Positions 38,132 through 49,154 of a stretch of 64,000 nucleotides of DNA are shown here, piece after piece (positions within the stretch are counted from its first letter, which is position 1; each line of letters opens with the position of its first letter). The DNA is from Ignavibacteriota bacterium (GTDB taxonomy: Bacteria; Bacteroidota; Ignavibacteria; UBA10030; CAVZMI01). The DNA lies in NCBI GenBank assembly GCA_963835935.1, contig CAWIHK010000002.1:804108-868107 (forward strand), in the 5' to 3' direction. The translations under genes and the position numbers were made by a program. The notes beneath the pieces are model-generated. The model was not told where the DNA came from. It did not search any database and saw only the letters and a program-made list of their open reading frames with translations.

Positions 38132-40525
38132 TCAATGCATCTCAGAGCACACCACATCCTTCGCCCGCGACTCCGGCATCACTTTCAACATCTTCACTTT
38201 TCCGTTCTTTAAAATTCCTTCGACAGTCGTATTGTACGGCGCGTAAAGTTTAAAATGCACATCCCAGTTTTTTGGCCAGGCGGGAAATAAAATAATTTTC
38301 TTTCCATCCACCTGCATCAGCATTTCCTGCAAACCGATCATACCGGAGCCGCCCCAATTGTGGTCCGGTGTCCAGTCGAATCCCGGCCCCCAGAAAGCCG
38401 GAAAGCGCAAATTTCCATCTTTCAATTTTTTCATGGTTAAGTCTGCTGCGTCATCGGTCAATCCCAAACGCGCAGCAAAAATATTATCCTGCTTCCAGCC
38501 GACATAGCTTCTGAATTTAATTGCATCGGAATCATACTTCCATGTGTTGACCGCAGTATCGAGTCCGGGTTTTCCAATTCCATAAATTCCCCAAGGGAAA
38601 ACCGTGTACAACATCATCGGCTCGGTGTTGTTTATGCGCTCCCACGATTTTGCAGGTGCGATGGTCGTATGTCCGTCGCACTCACGGAAATTAATCGGCG
38701 GTATCCGGCCGAGCATTGTTTTCCATTCTTTTCGATGATCTTCCGGAATATATCGATCCGGCAATTCGAGTACGCGGCTCAAGATCGTTCGTAATGCGGC
38801 AATCGTAGAAGTTGAATTGTACGCCATCTTATATGTTTCACCTGCCGAACCGGGGTAAAAAATCAAACATCCTTTTTCATCAAATTTATTTATTCCACGC
38901 TGTGCCGCCAGATACTGATAATGCTCGTTGAAAAAAGTAAGGCAGCTTTCGATCAGCGGCATGTATTCGGTGATATCATTACTATTATAACGCTCCGTTT
39001 CCAAAATTATAAAACAAAATTCAAGGACTGTATCCCACGTGTATTCAAGCCACGCATTGTACTCAACTCCGGGGTTGTAGCCGGGTGGACGACCCCAACT
39101 ATATTCAGCGGTATTTGGAAGTCCGAAGTTTTCCATTTGTTCCGTGAAGCAAGCGCCCTTGTGTCCCCAGTACGTCTCACTGCGCAGTTCCGCATTGCGT
39201 ACGATGCGTTTATAAAAATCGAATTGCGCTTTCATCATGTCGAAGTCGCCGTTTTTCAACATCGGAAAATAAACCAATCGTTGATTTTGCGCTGTGTGAA
39301 TTCCACCTCCCCAATTCCGGTAGTCGGGTGTAAAATGTTTCGATGTATCTACAAACACCGGATCGTATGTAAATTGGCCTCCATTGAATTTTGTCGGATA
39401 CTCACCGAACGCATTACACGCGAGCATGTATCGGAACAGCTGGTAATTCCTTCCGGTTTGCCAAATGCTCGACGACGTGTTTACTGAATCGGGATTAATA
39501 AAGATGAAGCCGCGGTTCCAGAATTTTTCCCACCACGCTTGAGTATTGGTGAGTGCTTTCTTCTCGCCGACACGTGCTTCACCAATCACTTCATTCAATT
39601 TATTTTGCCAGGCAGTCAGAGAATCATATTGACCGGTGTGCAGGTAAATCTTCAGCGAATGTTTTATCGCAGGAACTTTGCTCTGAAGCGCCCATCCCGA
39701 AAAATCGGTATCGATATAACGCCCTGATGTAGTTCCCGCTTGAATCATGTTCGAGCCTTCCATGAATCCGCCGAATGTGAGATAACGAAGCGGATTGTAA
39801 AACTTCGATTCGATTGAATCGAGCCCTTGTTGTTTTAATGTGTATTCGAAAACAGTTTTTTCATGATTGCGATGATAGAATAGAATTCCGGAATTCTGAA
39901 ATGAAATATCATCATGATATGTGATTGGATGAGCGATCGGACCCCACTTATATGAATTCGCAAAACTCTCTCCATCGCGCTGTGTCAAATCTTTATCGCG
40001 CCAGCTTTCAAATACAGCCCGTGTACTCAGAGGTTTATTGCTCGTGACATCAACATGTATCACCGGACGTTCCACATCTACCCAAATAGTAACTTGAGCT
40101 GAGTAACCGGAATCCGAACCCGAAACTTTCACACACCCTTCATTCAAAACTAATTCCTGTTTGAAGCCGGAACCATTAAGCGGATTTGGACTAAGCCTTA
40201 CTCGCACTCTTCCCAATTTCATGAAACCATTATTCTCATCGAACGAACCGCTGCGCGAGAGGTAGAAAAGCAGATCGCCATTTTCTACCCAAACATTTAA
40301 TCCAATATCGTGTCCGCCGCATGGCATCGATTCGGAAGAGTTTTTACTTTGGGTGGTCCAGACAACATTATACCGATCGAGTTCGGGGTTCGATACACTC
40401 ACCACATCGGCAGGTTGTGCAAGACAATGAAGAGACATTTCAATAATTATACTCATGAAAATAAAAAATTGGAGGAAAATAATTCTTGAAAAAACCCTTT
40501 TAAAATTTCGCATGTAAGATGTCAC
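38132..40525 (-). CDS. Secreted DUF5703-like putative glycoside hydrolase (797 aa).
   Basis: Signal peptide. N-terminal pattern PCGGHDIGLNVWVENGDLLFYLSRSGSFDENNG typical of the DUF5703_N family as I recall it. Confidence 0.5.
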   Translation of the reverse strand: MTSYMRNFKRVFSRIIFLQFFIFMSIIIEMSLHCLAQPADVVSVSNPELDRYNVVWTTQSKNSSESMPCGGHDIGLNVWVENGDLLFYLSRSGSFDENNGFMKLGRVRVRLSPNPLNGSGFKQELVLNEGCVKVSGSDSGYSAQVTIWVDVERPVIHVDVTSNKPLSTRAVFESWRDKDLTQRDGESFANSYKWGPIAHPITYHDDISFQNSGILFYHRNHEKTVFEYTLKQQGLDSIESKFYNPLRYLTFGGFMEGSNMIQAGTTSGRYIDTDFSGWALQSKVPAIKHSLKIYLHTGQYDSLTAWQNKLNEVIGEARVGEKKALTNTQAWWEKFWNRGFIFINPDSVNTSSSIWQTGRNYQLFRYMLACNAFGEYPTKFNGGQFTYDPVFVDTSKHFTPDYRNWGGGIHTAQNQRLVYFPMLKNGDFDMMKAQFDFYKRIVRNAELRSETYWGHKGACFTEQMENFGLPNTAEYSWGRPPGYNPGVEYNAWLEYTWDTVLEFCFIILETERYNSNDITEYMPLIESCLTFFNEHYQYLAAQRGINKFDEKGCLIFYPGSAGETYKMAYNSTSTIAALRTILSRVLELPDRYIPEDHRKEWKTMLGRIPPINFRECDGHTTIAPAKSWERINNTEPMMLYTVFPWGIYGIGKPGLDTAVNTWKYDSDAIKFRSYVGWKQDNIFAARLGLTDDAADLTMKKLKDGNLRFPAFWGPGFDWTPDHNWGGSGMIGLQEMLMQVDGKKIILFPAWPKNWDVHFKLYAPYNTTVEGILKNGKVKMLKVMPESRAKDVVCSEMH

Positions 40526-40726
40526 TTTTCTTTTATCGTTAGAATATTGTCTGATTGAATGGTTTATTTAATTCTTAAAGAAAATAGTATGATTAATGTG
40601 AAAAAACAAGAATGACGAATCTCCAATTCAATCTTGCCGATTAAAATCAAAACTATAAAGATCAAGAAGACCTGGCGCATTTGATAAGAAAAAATATTAT
40701 CTTCGTTTAAATAAAATATTCCAGAA

Positions 40727-41023
40727 TTGAAAGGCCTCAATATGGTTACTGCGCTTGTTCTCATGAAGGTTGCGAGAGAGAGAGTGAAAGCCGTCGCACA
40801 ACAGCTTGCTGATATCCAAGGGATAACCGAAGTCTATTCAGTTGCCGGGCGCTACGATCTGGTGTCTGTCATCCGTGTGAAGGAAAATGAAGAACTTGCA
40901 ACGATCGTTACAGAAAAAATCCGGAAAGTTGAAGGAATTGAGAAATCGGAAACGCTGATTGCATTCAGGGTTTATTCGAAGTTCGATCTGGAGATGGCGT
41001 TTTCGCTAGGTTCGGAAAAATAA
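40727..41023 (+). CDS. Lrp/AsnC-family ligand-binding (RAM) domain protein, stand-alone.
   Basis: ALVLMKV...ITEVYSVAGRYDLVSVIRV pattern. Confidence 0.6.
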   Translation: MKGLNMVTALVLMKVARERVKAVAQQLADIQGITEVYSVAGRYDLVSVIRVKENEELATIVTEKIRKVEGIEKSETLIAFRVYSKFDLEMAFSLGSEK

Positions 41024-41032
41024 CTGTGATCG

Positions 41033-41061
41033 AAAAAAACGGCCGTTTGATTTCAAACGGC
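41033..41061. terminator. Palindromic hairpin (AAACGGCCGTTT...CAAACGGC) between convergent genes.
   Basis: Read directly. A-run before, T-rich after. Confidence 0.45.
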
Positions 41062-41123
41062 TGGTTGAGATAACTGGTAACAAAAATATTTTCACCCAAA
41101 AAAATATAATCCTCATTATCTGG

Positions 41124-42143
41124 TTAATTGGATATCTGCCGGAGAGAATCAATAAAACTCGTACTCACCCAATAGAGTTTAGACCCGGGAGAAGGGACAT
41201 TGGGAGCATACCTGATCGTATATATAAAATATTTACCATCGGGCGTTACATAAGGATATATATCCGAATTTACGGTATTGATTGGGATCCCCACATCAAG
41301 AGGAGAACTCCATGTTCCATCTCTTTTTTTAAATGTGATATAAAAATTATTCCCGCCTTCTTTTGCAGTTCTCCACGAATCGAAAATCATATAACTTTCA
41401 TCCCCAGCGATATAAGGACATTCATCCAGGCTACTTGTATTTATACCGCTTCCTAAATTGTTGACCTGATATTTTCCATCGATTATTTTACCACAATAAA
41501 TATCTGTATTTCCATATCCTCCCGGTCTTTCTGAAGAAAAATACAGATCATTGTTTTGAGAAATGCTAACTTCCCATTCGTTTGAGTCGGAGTTGATTGG
41601 AGGATCCATCTTTATTGGTGTTCCCCAGTCATTCCCTTGCTTTGGACAATAATAAATATCACTACCAGCGCCGTTATTTGGGACCCCCGCGAAATACAAG
41701 GTATGCCCATCATAGGAGATGAATGGAGTACAAATGAATAATTCCGGGAATAATGCCACCGGCTCAGTCCAACGACCATTTATATATCGAGTGTCCATCA
41801 GTGTTGAATAACTCCACGATCCATCTGTCGTGGTAAAAAGAAATTCACTTCCATCCGGCGAAAAGCAGCAACATTGAACATACCAGTCTTTCCTTGATAT
41901 AAAATCCGGTGAAAATACAACAGGCGTATTTCCCGGCGGCTGTTGTCCGAAATAATCGATTCCCTGCAAAACAGGAGGTTGTGATGAATCTCCGGCAGGA
42001 TTATCCGAAGATTTTTTCGAGCATGAAAATAAAATGAATCCTAGGAAGACAAGAATAAATAATTTCGTGGTCGTAGAGTATAAATGATTCATTACCTCAC
42101 CTTTCATACAATTTATATTAATAATACAAATCTTCCGGTCCAT
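41124..42143 (-). CDS. PD40/TolB-like beta-propeller repeat lipoprotein. Probable start at MNHLYSTT about 42090.
   Basis: Lipobox LFSC. Repeated DIYY/DLYFSSER...TDIY motifs. Confidence 0.6.
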   Translation of the reverse strand: MDRKICIININCMKGEVMNHLYSTTTKLFILVFLGFILFSCSKKSSDNPAGDSSQPPVLQGIDYFGQQPPGNTPVVFSPDFISRKDWYVQCCCFSPDGSEFLFTTTDGSWSYSTLMDTRYINGRWTEPVALFPELFICTPFISYDGHTLYFAGVPNNGAGSDIYYCPKQGNDWGTPIKMDPPINSDSNEWEVSISQNNDLYFSSERPGGYGNTDIYCGKIIDGKYQVNNLGSGINTSSLDECPYIAGDESYMIFDSWRTAKEGGNNFYITFKKRDGTWSSPLDVGIPINTVNSDIYPYVTPDGKYFIYTIRYAPNVPSPGSKLYWVSTSFIDSLRQISN

Positions 42144-42401
42144 TCTTCATTTTTACTTCATGGTTTGAAGATATCGATCGATAGAAATGAACAGCTTTAC
42201 GCTCTATACAATTATTAATAAGAAAAAGAAAATTTATCGACCGGATTTATAAATGTGCACGCCGGAATAGAAATAATTAATGAGTATGAAAGAGGCGTCG
42301 CAACCTCTCGGCAAAATATTATATCAACAAAAATGTATGAACGATATGATTCTGCATCAAAAAAGATTATTTCAGCGCGAACCACTGATGTGATGAAATT
42401 T

Positions 42402-43457
42402 TTATTTCACTAACAGGAGTCGTTTCGTTGCAACGTCGTTCCCTGCCTGGAGCCTGCAAAAGTAAACGCCGCTTGGAAACGAAGCGGCATTCCATACTCT
42501 GGTGTATACCCCGGGCAACATAATCCCGCGGATTAACGTCGACACTTCGGCGCCTTTGTCGTCAAAAATGCTCATCGTTACAAAAGCTGATGAACGAATA
42601 GAGAATTGAATGGACGTACTCGGGTTGAACGGATTCGGATAATTCTGACATAGTGAAAAACTTGAAGGTTGTTTCATGATACTACCGACAGAAGTCGGAT
42701 CAGCAACCAGCGCAATTGTAGTACCGGGCAGCACAACCATTTTATTCGGAGCAGTGAATCTTGAAACAATTGTATTGCTGTACGTATCCGGCGGAGGCAT
42801 CGTATGAATTGGAATACTTTTTTTTGCGGAAATCGTCGCTGCCGCTTGTGTTGCCTCTTCGGGCGACATCGTGTAAATTCCATCCATGCAAAGAAAAGCA
42901 TACGCCAGATTTTCACTCGCCAGATCTGCCATTTCAGAAATAAGTCCCGTGTCTCCCGAATGGTAAATTTTTACATCATCAAATTCAACTACATACCCGA
43001 CGCATTCACTTTTCAGATGATAACTATTGTACGCCGGAACGGCTTTGATTTTAATATTGCCGATCGTAAAAGATTGATACACTCCACTCACGAGCGCTGT
43101 CGCGCTTCTGATTACCCGGCATGTTGATTTTTGTGTTACTAGCGACAGGTTATTATGATCAGAATGTTCGTGTGTAATAAGAACGATATCTGCAGAGTCT
43201 GAATAATCGGATTTCGTACCCGCGAATGGATCGATATAAACAATCGAACCATCGAGCGTAGTAATTTTCATCGATGCATGTCCTATATATCTCATCGAAT
43301 CCGCTGCCGGATTATTCAAAAGAATATTTCGATTAGCGCTTGCGATGCCATTACAGAATAGAATTATACATGCCATAAAGAGTAATAGCTGAACTACCTG
43401 TTTATTCCTTTTTTTCATGAGAATGTAACCCCCCTTTTGATTGATTGTATTATTCAC
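42402..43457 (-). CDS. MBL-fold metallo-hydrolase fused to a T9SS type-A C-terminal sorting domain.
   Basis: HxHxDH motif (ITHEHSDH). C-terminal QNYPNPFNPSTSIQF...KRLLLVK. Confidence 0.8.
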   Translation of the reverse strand: MNNTINQKGGYILMKKRNKQVVQLLLFMACIILFCNGIASANRNILLNNPAADSMRYIGHASMKITTLDGSIVYIDPFAGTKSDYSDSADIVLITHEHSDHNNLSLVTQKSTCRVIRSATALVSGVYQSFTIGNIKIKAVPAYNSYHLKSECVGYVVEFDDVKIYHSGDTGLISEMADLASENLAYAFLCMDGIYTMSPEEATQAAATISAKKSIPIHTMPPPDTYSNTIVSRFTAPNKMVVLPGTTIALVADPTSVGSIMKQPSSFSLCQNYPNPFNPSTSIQFSIRSSAFVTMSIFDDKGAEVSTLIRGIMLPGVYTRVWNAASFPSGVYFCRLQAGNDVATKRLLLVK

Positions 43458-43689
43458 TAATAGAAAATAGATCTCCCTATTGCTGGGTAATAGATAAGAA
43501 AAAAGTGATATGTATTCGACCGAACCAATAAGTTCGCACTTCTTATAATATTTTACGATGAATAATCGTGGAAGTGATCGTTAATTAACCGGTGATGGGT
43601 TAGCCGAATTTATTTCTACAGGTGATAATAATATCACCACCTCTGTCGATGTTGCCTTAAATAATCGTAGTTTTTTCAGTATGAACTTA

Positions 43690-44934
43690 TCAAGAGATGG
43701 AATTCATCTGCGTGTTTTGAACAGAACGGGATTGTAAATCTTTCTTAAATTCACGCGGAGTCATACCGGTATATTTTTTAAATGCCGCATTGAAAACAGA
43801 TTTTGAGTTGAAGCCGCTTTGGTACAAAATTTCCAGCATCGTTTTTCCGTCTCTGGTCGAAGAGAGCAATAGATTCTTGCATTCTTCAATTCTATAGTTG
43901 TTGACGAAATCATAAAAGTTTTGATTGAGGGCGACATTCAACACCTGCGACAATATATACGGCGGTATTGCTAATTCTCTAGCGAGATCGGATAATGACA
44001 ATGTCGGTCTTAAATACGGTTTTTTAACCGCCATATAATCCTTTAGTCTATTAACATAAACTTGCTTCTCTTTTTCTGTCAGAAGATTCTTTTCGTACTT
44101 TTTCCGTTCCAGATTCTCATCATAAAATATTTCAGGAAATTTCATACCTTGATAAACAATGGTGTTCGCAACGACAAATAAATTTATTACTGTGAGCGTC
44201 CAAAAGATTTGCGGGTTCATAAATGGCAGATGTAAATAAGAGGTTATGACGTTCGCACTCCAGAAGAACATGAAATCACAAATAATAAATGTGAGGTAGA
44301 AAATATTTTTCCCGACCGATTCTGAAGTCAATGTCTTTATTTTTTTCCTATAAGAATAAAGAATGATCAGCGAAGCGAAGGCATAAGTCATAAAATGAAG
44401 CCATAGGATGATATCTAACGCGGAATGCCATGGAGCCGAATAAGGAAACCAATTCATTAAAAGCATCCTCTTATACTCGATCCCATGGCTTGTATAATAG
44501 TATGCCATGAGACTCAACGATAGAAAAAATGGGCCGAGGTGAAGAAGATGCCTTCGCTGAAATTTAAAATTTTCCCAGGAGAGAACAACCATACTAAAAA
44601 ACAATGCCGGCCCGATAATAAATTGAAATGAATATCCCAAATTGATAAAGTGGATGATGAAGTTCGGCAAAGATTTCCAATAACCAAGCAAAACCGAGTC
44701 GATAAGAAAAAGGGACTTTGAGATTAAAAAGAGTGATAAAAAGATATTTTTACGCAATCTTCGTTTTGCGGTAAAAAGAAGAATAAACGCTAAAAAAATA
44801 AATTGTGAAACTGCAACTATTATCAATATATCGTTAATCTGCAAATTCGTAGGCCCCGTTCTTATTGGAATAAATTTTTCTGTAATGCATAAACGGCAAT
44901 AATGGAATTTTATAAAACAAATGGTTAAATTCAA
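43690..44934 (-). CDS. AraC-family transcriptional regulator with N-terminal multi-TM sensor domain.
   Basis: C-terminal AraC HTH (LSDLARELAIPPYILSQVLN...FNSKSVFNAAFKKYTGMTPREF). About 7 hydrophobic segments N-terminally. Confidence 0.8.
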   Translation of the reverse strand: MNLTICFIKFHYCRLCITEKFIPIRTGPTNLQINDILIIVAVSQFIFLAFILLFTAKRRLRKNIFLSLFLISKSLFLIDSVLLGYWKSLPNFIIHFINLGYSFQFIIGPALFFSMVVLSWENFKFQRRHLLHLGPFFLSLSLMAYYYTSHGIEYKRMLLMNWFPYSAPWHSALDIILWLHFMTYAFASLIILYSYRKKIKTLTSESVGKNIFYLTFIICDFMFFWSANVITSYLHLPFMNPQIFWTLTVINLFVVANTIVYQGMKFPEIFYDENLERKKYEKNLLTEKEKQVYVNRLKDYMAVKKPYLRPTLSLSDLARELAIPPYILSQVLNVALNQNFYDFVNNYRIEECKNLLLSSTRDGKTMLEILYQSGFNSKSVFNAAFKKYTGMTPREFKKDLQSRSVQNTQMNSIS

Positions 44935-44958
44935 GCAGAATCGTGGAAGGATTATGCT

Positions 44959-45330
44959 ATGTTTTGTCCTAAGTGTAGCACAGAATATGTTGAAGGGATA
45001 ACAATATGCACGGATTGCGGCGCTGAACTGGTTGCCACACTACCGGTTGAATCGCACGATGAAATTAAATTTGTCCAAGTCCTTTCAACGTACAATCTCG
45101 TCGATATTGCGATGATTAAATCTTTGCTTGATTCAGGAGAAATTGAATACACGTTCTTTGGAGAAAATTTTAATCAGACGGAACAACTTGTGCAGCCTGC
45201 AAAATTATTCGTTCGTGAAGATCAGGCCGAGCAAGCCAAGGAAATACTCAAAGACTTTGAGATGCACTACACCGGTTTAAGTTTTGAAAGAAACGACTCA
45301 CCCGATGATGATCCCGGTTCGACAAAGTAA
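44959..45330 (+). CDS. Zinc-ribbon + DUF2007-like small protein.
   Basis: CPKCSTEY...CTDCGAEL zinc ribbon. DUF2007-like segment (VDIAMIKSLLDSGEIEY...EDQAEQAKEIL). Confidence 0.5.
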   Translation: MFCPKCSTEYVEGITICTDCGAELVATLPVESHDEIKFVQVLSTYNLVDIAMIKSLLDSGEIEYTFFGENFNQTEQLVQPAKLFVREDQAEQAKEILKDFEMHYTGLSFERNDSPDDDPGSTK

Positions 45331-45371
45331 CAAATGCCTGCCGGGCAAGGCAGACATTCCAGGTTATCTTA

Positions 45372-46190
45372 TTATTTAACAATATTGACATACAGCGTAT
45401 CGGCATACGCCGATCCAAATACACCCAACCCACCCTGCAACCGATACCGGATATCGTTGACGTCGGTTGACGCCGTATTCATCTGAATGACATAATCATA
45501 ATAATTCTCATCGATCGCTGAAAACGTAATCGAATACTTTCCATAATACCGGAAAAGAAACCATGGAATTCCCGACAGATTCATACCTCTAAGGCCGGTA
45601 AAGTATATTGTCCTGTTTTGCCGGAAGTTATTCTGATTGCTGTTTGAAGTACTATCCTCGATTATTTTTTCGGCATTCACATCCAGACTACGCAAAGAAA
45701 TGATATAATCCGCATACGAAAAACTTTCTTCCCATTTTAATATTACCATGCCTTGGTTATAGTGCAGCGAATCGGGAAAATTATCTCGGTTGACAATCCA
45801 TGTCGGCCCCGGGATGATGGTAGAACCGGTAACGACCGGATATCCGGGCGCGATAATTTTTAAGGCATATGTCTGCAGATGCTTAATTATGTTCGATTGG
45901 TGAATCGAATAATATCGTCCGGGCATTGAGGCATCATGCAACAGCGTATCGTCAATTCCATTCCCCGATACTACGACAATCGCATTTCGTATCGCTGCTT
46001 TTGCCTCCGTCCATTCATCATCAATTTTCAAAGTATGCTGAACCATAACGCTGTCGATCGAGCGACCAGCGAAAAGAAATCCGGAGACGACAAGCTGATC
46101 GCTATACTCGCCGGGCGCCGTGGTTTCGGTACATCCAGCAATCAATAGTATTATGAATAGAAGTAGTGCAACAGAAAAAAAATTATTCAT
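45372..46190 (-). CDS. DUF4249-like lipoprotein.
   Basis: Lipobox LIAGCTETT. Sits directly downstream of a TonB-dependent receptor gene, which is the usual context for this family in FCB-group genomes. Confidence 0.5.
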   Translation of the reverse strand: MNNFFSVALLLFIILLIAGCTETTAPGEYSDQLVVSGFLFAGRSIDSVMVQHTLKIDDEWTEAKAAIRNAIVVVSGNGIDDTLLHDASMPGRYYSIHQSNIIKHLQTYALKIIAPGYPVVTGSTIIPGPTWIVNRDNFPDSLHYNQGMVILKWEESFSYADYIISLRSLDVNAEKIIEDSTSNSNQNNFRQNRTIYFTGLRGMNLSGIPWFLFRYYGKYSITFSAIDENYYDYVIQMNTASTDVNDIRYRLQGGLGVFGSAYADTLYVNIVK

Positions 46191-46201
46191 GATGTCCTCC
46201 T

Positions 46202-48538
46202 TTAGAACTCGAAGTTAAATCCAAATGTCGGAATGATCGGCAACAAACGCACATCGGTTACCTTTATTGGATTTTTTGATGTGTCAAATTCTTTATACCA
46301 TACATTCCGATGATTATAAACATTGAATACCTGGAAATACCAACCCCCCTTCATTCCGAAAAGAATCGCTTTTTTATTTACGCTGACATCCAGCCTGTGG
46401 TACGGTTCCAGCCGGCGGTTGTACCGGTCCCCGGAAAGGATGAGATCATATGTCAGATCGGGTGTAGACATCGCGTATCTGCCCGCACCTGTAGTGTATG
46501 CCTGTCCGGTTGCATAGGTGTAGATTATTCCAAAGCGCCAGTTTTCATCCAATTGATAATTTCCAACCACCGACAAATCATGCCTTCTATCGTATTTCGG
46601 CTGAAATTCCCTTCCTCCGTTGATCTCGGGGAAAGTTCGATATGTCCATGATAAAGTATAACCGATATATCCGGTAAAGCACCCAATTTTTTTCTGAAAA
46701 AATAATTCCGCGCCGAATGACCGGCCAGTGCCGATGTCGAACAAATCTCTCATTTCCGTTGTGGTCGTTTGTTCATCCTTCAATTCGACGATATCCTTAT
46801 ACTTCTTGTAATAAACTTCGATGTTCAGATCGTATCCTTTCCATGGCTGTGTTTCGGCGCCAAGGACAAAATCAATCGATCGCGCCGGATTCATTTTTTT
46901 ATCGATCGGCATCCACAAATCGAAATACGAAAACTCATCCGACGATAGGAGATTTAAATATTGATAATAAACTCCGGTCGACGCTTTTAACGAGACATCT
47001 TCAGTAAGGAGATAGGAAGTTGAAAAACGTGGGCCTAAATAAATTTTATTATTCGTGTTCTGACGTTCTCCGCGAACGCCATATTGGATTTTCCAGAGTT
47101 CTGTGATACCCCATTCATCCTGAGCATAAATCGCTAACAAGGCAGGCTTGTGCTCTTCATTATAGAGCGTATTGTCCTCAAATTTACAGAGAAAACCAAC
47201 ATTATATTGCGTCCACCAGAATCAGAGTTTGGCAAAATGACTATCTGTTATATAATACGAAAGGTCACCACGGATCGAATAATCGGAAATATGATTTTGG
47301 AATAACAGCTTGCTTCCGGATATATCGCCATTCAATTCGGAATTATACTCACTACCGGTTGCAATAATATTTGAAAAAAGTTTGGAGCTAAAGATATGAG
47401 TGTACTTCAGAGAGCCTGTTCGATTACCCCAAAATGTGTAGGTAGTAATATCGTCGTCGCGCATATCCATTTTCAAATCATCCTTACCGAGATAACCGGA
47501 TAACGTGAGTTTATTATTCTGATCAAAGTCGAAATTAATTTTCCCATTTGCGTCGTAAAAATAGTAGAGGGGGATGGGATGCTGACCGGTGTCAAGACCG
47601 GCAGTTTTTATAAAAAGATCTAAATATGTTCGTCGTGCGGAAAGAAACCATGAGCCGAAAGGGGACGGCCCTTCGAGTGTCAGGCGCGAACTGATTAAGC
47701 TCACTGATCCCTTCCCCTCGAAATAATTTCGGTTTCCATCCTTGTTCGTCGTGTTTAAGACTGATGAGAGTCTCCCGCCGTATTCTGCCGGGAGTCCTCC
47801 TTTCAACAATTCGATATCCTTTATAGCATCATTATTGAACGTGCTGAAGAATCCGAAAAGATGGGAAGGATTATAAACCACCGTTCCGTCAAGCAGGATT
47901 AGATTCTCGGCGGGACCGCCTCCACGCACATACAGTCCGTTGGAAATTTCGGAACCGGCTTTTACGCCGGGCATCATCTGTAATGACCGGAAGAGATCGG
48001 TTTCTCCGATAGACGGCAAAGCTTCGAGATCCTTCGGTTTGAGAATGACCATGCTCGTTTGAACAGTCTTCTTCCGTTCCGCACGATCGGCTTCGACGGT
48101 CACACCGTTCACCTCAACCGTTTCTGTCGTTAAATAAAAATTCCGAACGACATCATCGTTAAGAATTATATCGACTGTCTGCGTCGCATATCCAATGATT
48201 GATACGACAATCTGATATTTCCCCTGCGGCACGTTCGGAATCGCGAAATATCCGGATACGTTTGTCGATCCACCGAGATTTGTTCCTTTTAACATTACAT
48301 TCACATAAGCCAACGGCTCTCCATTCGACTTGTCATGCACAAAACCACTCAACGTCACCGGCTCCCCCGGCGCACGATGTCTGGCTTCACCGGAAAGTAC
48401 GTATGACGGCAGTACGAGCAGACATAGAAATACTAATGCAATTCTGATTGTTTTCATATTCTCCCACTCATGGTAGAAATGGCTTTTTATTTTTCGGGAT
48501 GCACGGGAAAATCCCGATTTATATACGACAAACATCAA
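46202..48538 (-). pseudogene. TonB-dependent receptor (SusC/CarboxypepD_reg-type N-terminus) interrupted by a single in-frame TGA at 47222-47224. ORFs 47222..48538 and 46202..47140 are the two halves in the same frame.
   Basis: N-terminal CarboxypepD_reg-like domain (TLSGFVHDKSNGEPLAYVNVML) and plug. C-terminal barrel ending in NFEF. The frame is continuous across the TGA (...SHFAKL*FWWTQYNVGF...LAIYAQDEWG). Confidence 0.7.
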
Positions 48539-48734
48539 AAAAGGTTATTCAAATAATAAAAATATCTCGATAAAATCAAAGTGTATTTTCAGGATGTAAA
48601 ATTATAAGAAAAAAAGATAGGCGACGAATTCCGACAAGAAGGCGGCCGGCCCTAGTTCTATCGCCCGACCGGCACGCCTCTAATCATTTCACAAACTCCA
48701 ACTGACCATTTGGTTTGGGATCGACCGAAGACGA

Positions 48735-49121
48735 TCATTCTTTTTGTTCCGTGGATCCGGAATGAAAATGGGAATCGTATTTTTCTTCACACCGCATATA
48801 ATGTTCTTTCCATTTTGCTTCGAATTTTTCCCGCTCTTCAGGGCTCATCGCCGCCAATTTTTCTTCGAATTTCTTTCTCCGGTCATCATCCCATCCATGA
48901 TGCCAGCCATGGTGTGAGCGTTTGTGAGGACAGCCGCCCAAAAATATTTTCGCCAACACCAAAAGCCCAACAGCTTGCCAGAATGTTAGCGCCGGGCCAT
49001 GGAAGATTTCCGGAACCAAAGCATTCCATAAGAACATGACGAGATATCCGAACACGGCAAGAAAAACCATCACAATGATAGTGATCAGCGGAATCTTGAA
49101 CCATAATTTTTTCCTATGCAT
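48735..49121 (-). CDS. Small membrane protein with His-rich segment (HHGWHHGWDDD). Candidate anti-sigma partner of the upstream ECF sigma factor.
   Basis: One TM helix. Position immediately downstream of the ECF sigma gene. No RskA/FecR-type anti-sigma domain recognised. Confidence 0.4.
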   Translation of the reverse strand: MHRKKLWFKIPLITIIVMVFLAVFGYLVMFLWNALVPEIFHGPALTFWQAVGLLVLAKIFLGGCPHKRSHHGWHHGWDDDRRKKFEEKLAAMSPEEREKFEAKWKEHYMRCEEKYDSHFHSGSTEQKE

Positions 49122-49154
49122 GTTGATTAATCCTTTAAATTTATTTTTATTCTG

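Noticed and set aside
47222-47224. In-frame TGA in the TonB receptor as selenocysteine or recoded codon.
   Set aside because: No SECIS-like hairpin is obvious immediately downstream. Other genes use TGA as a terminator. TonB-dependent receptors are not known selenoproteins. A nonsense mutation or sequencing error is far more likely.
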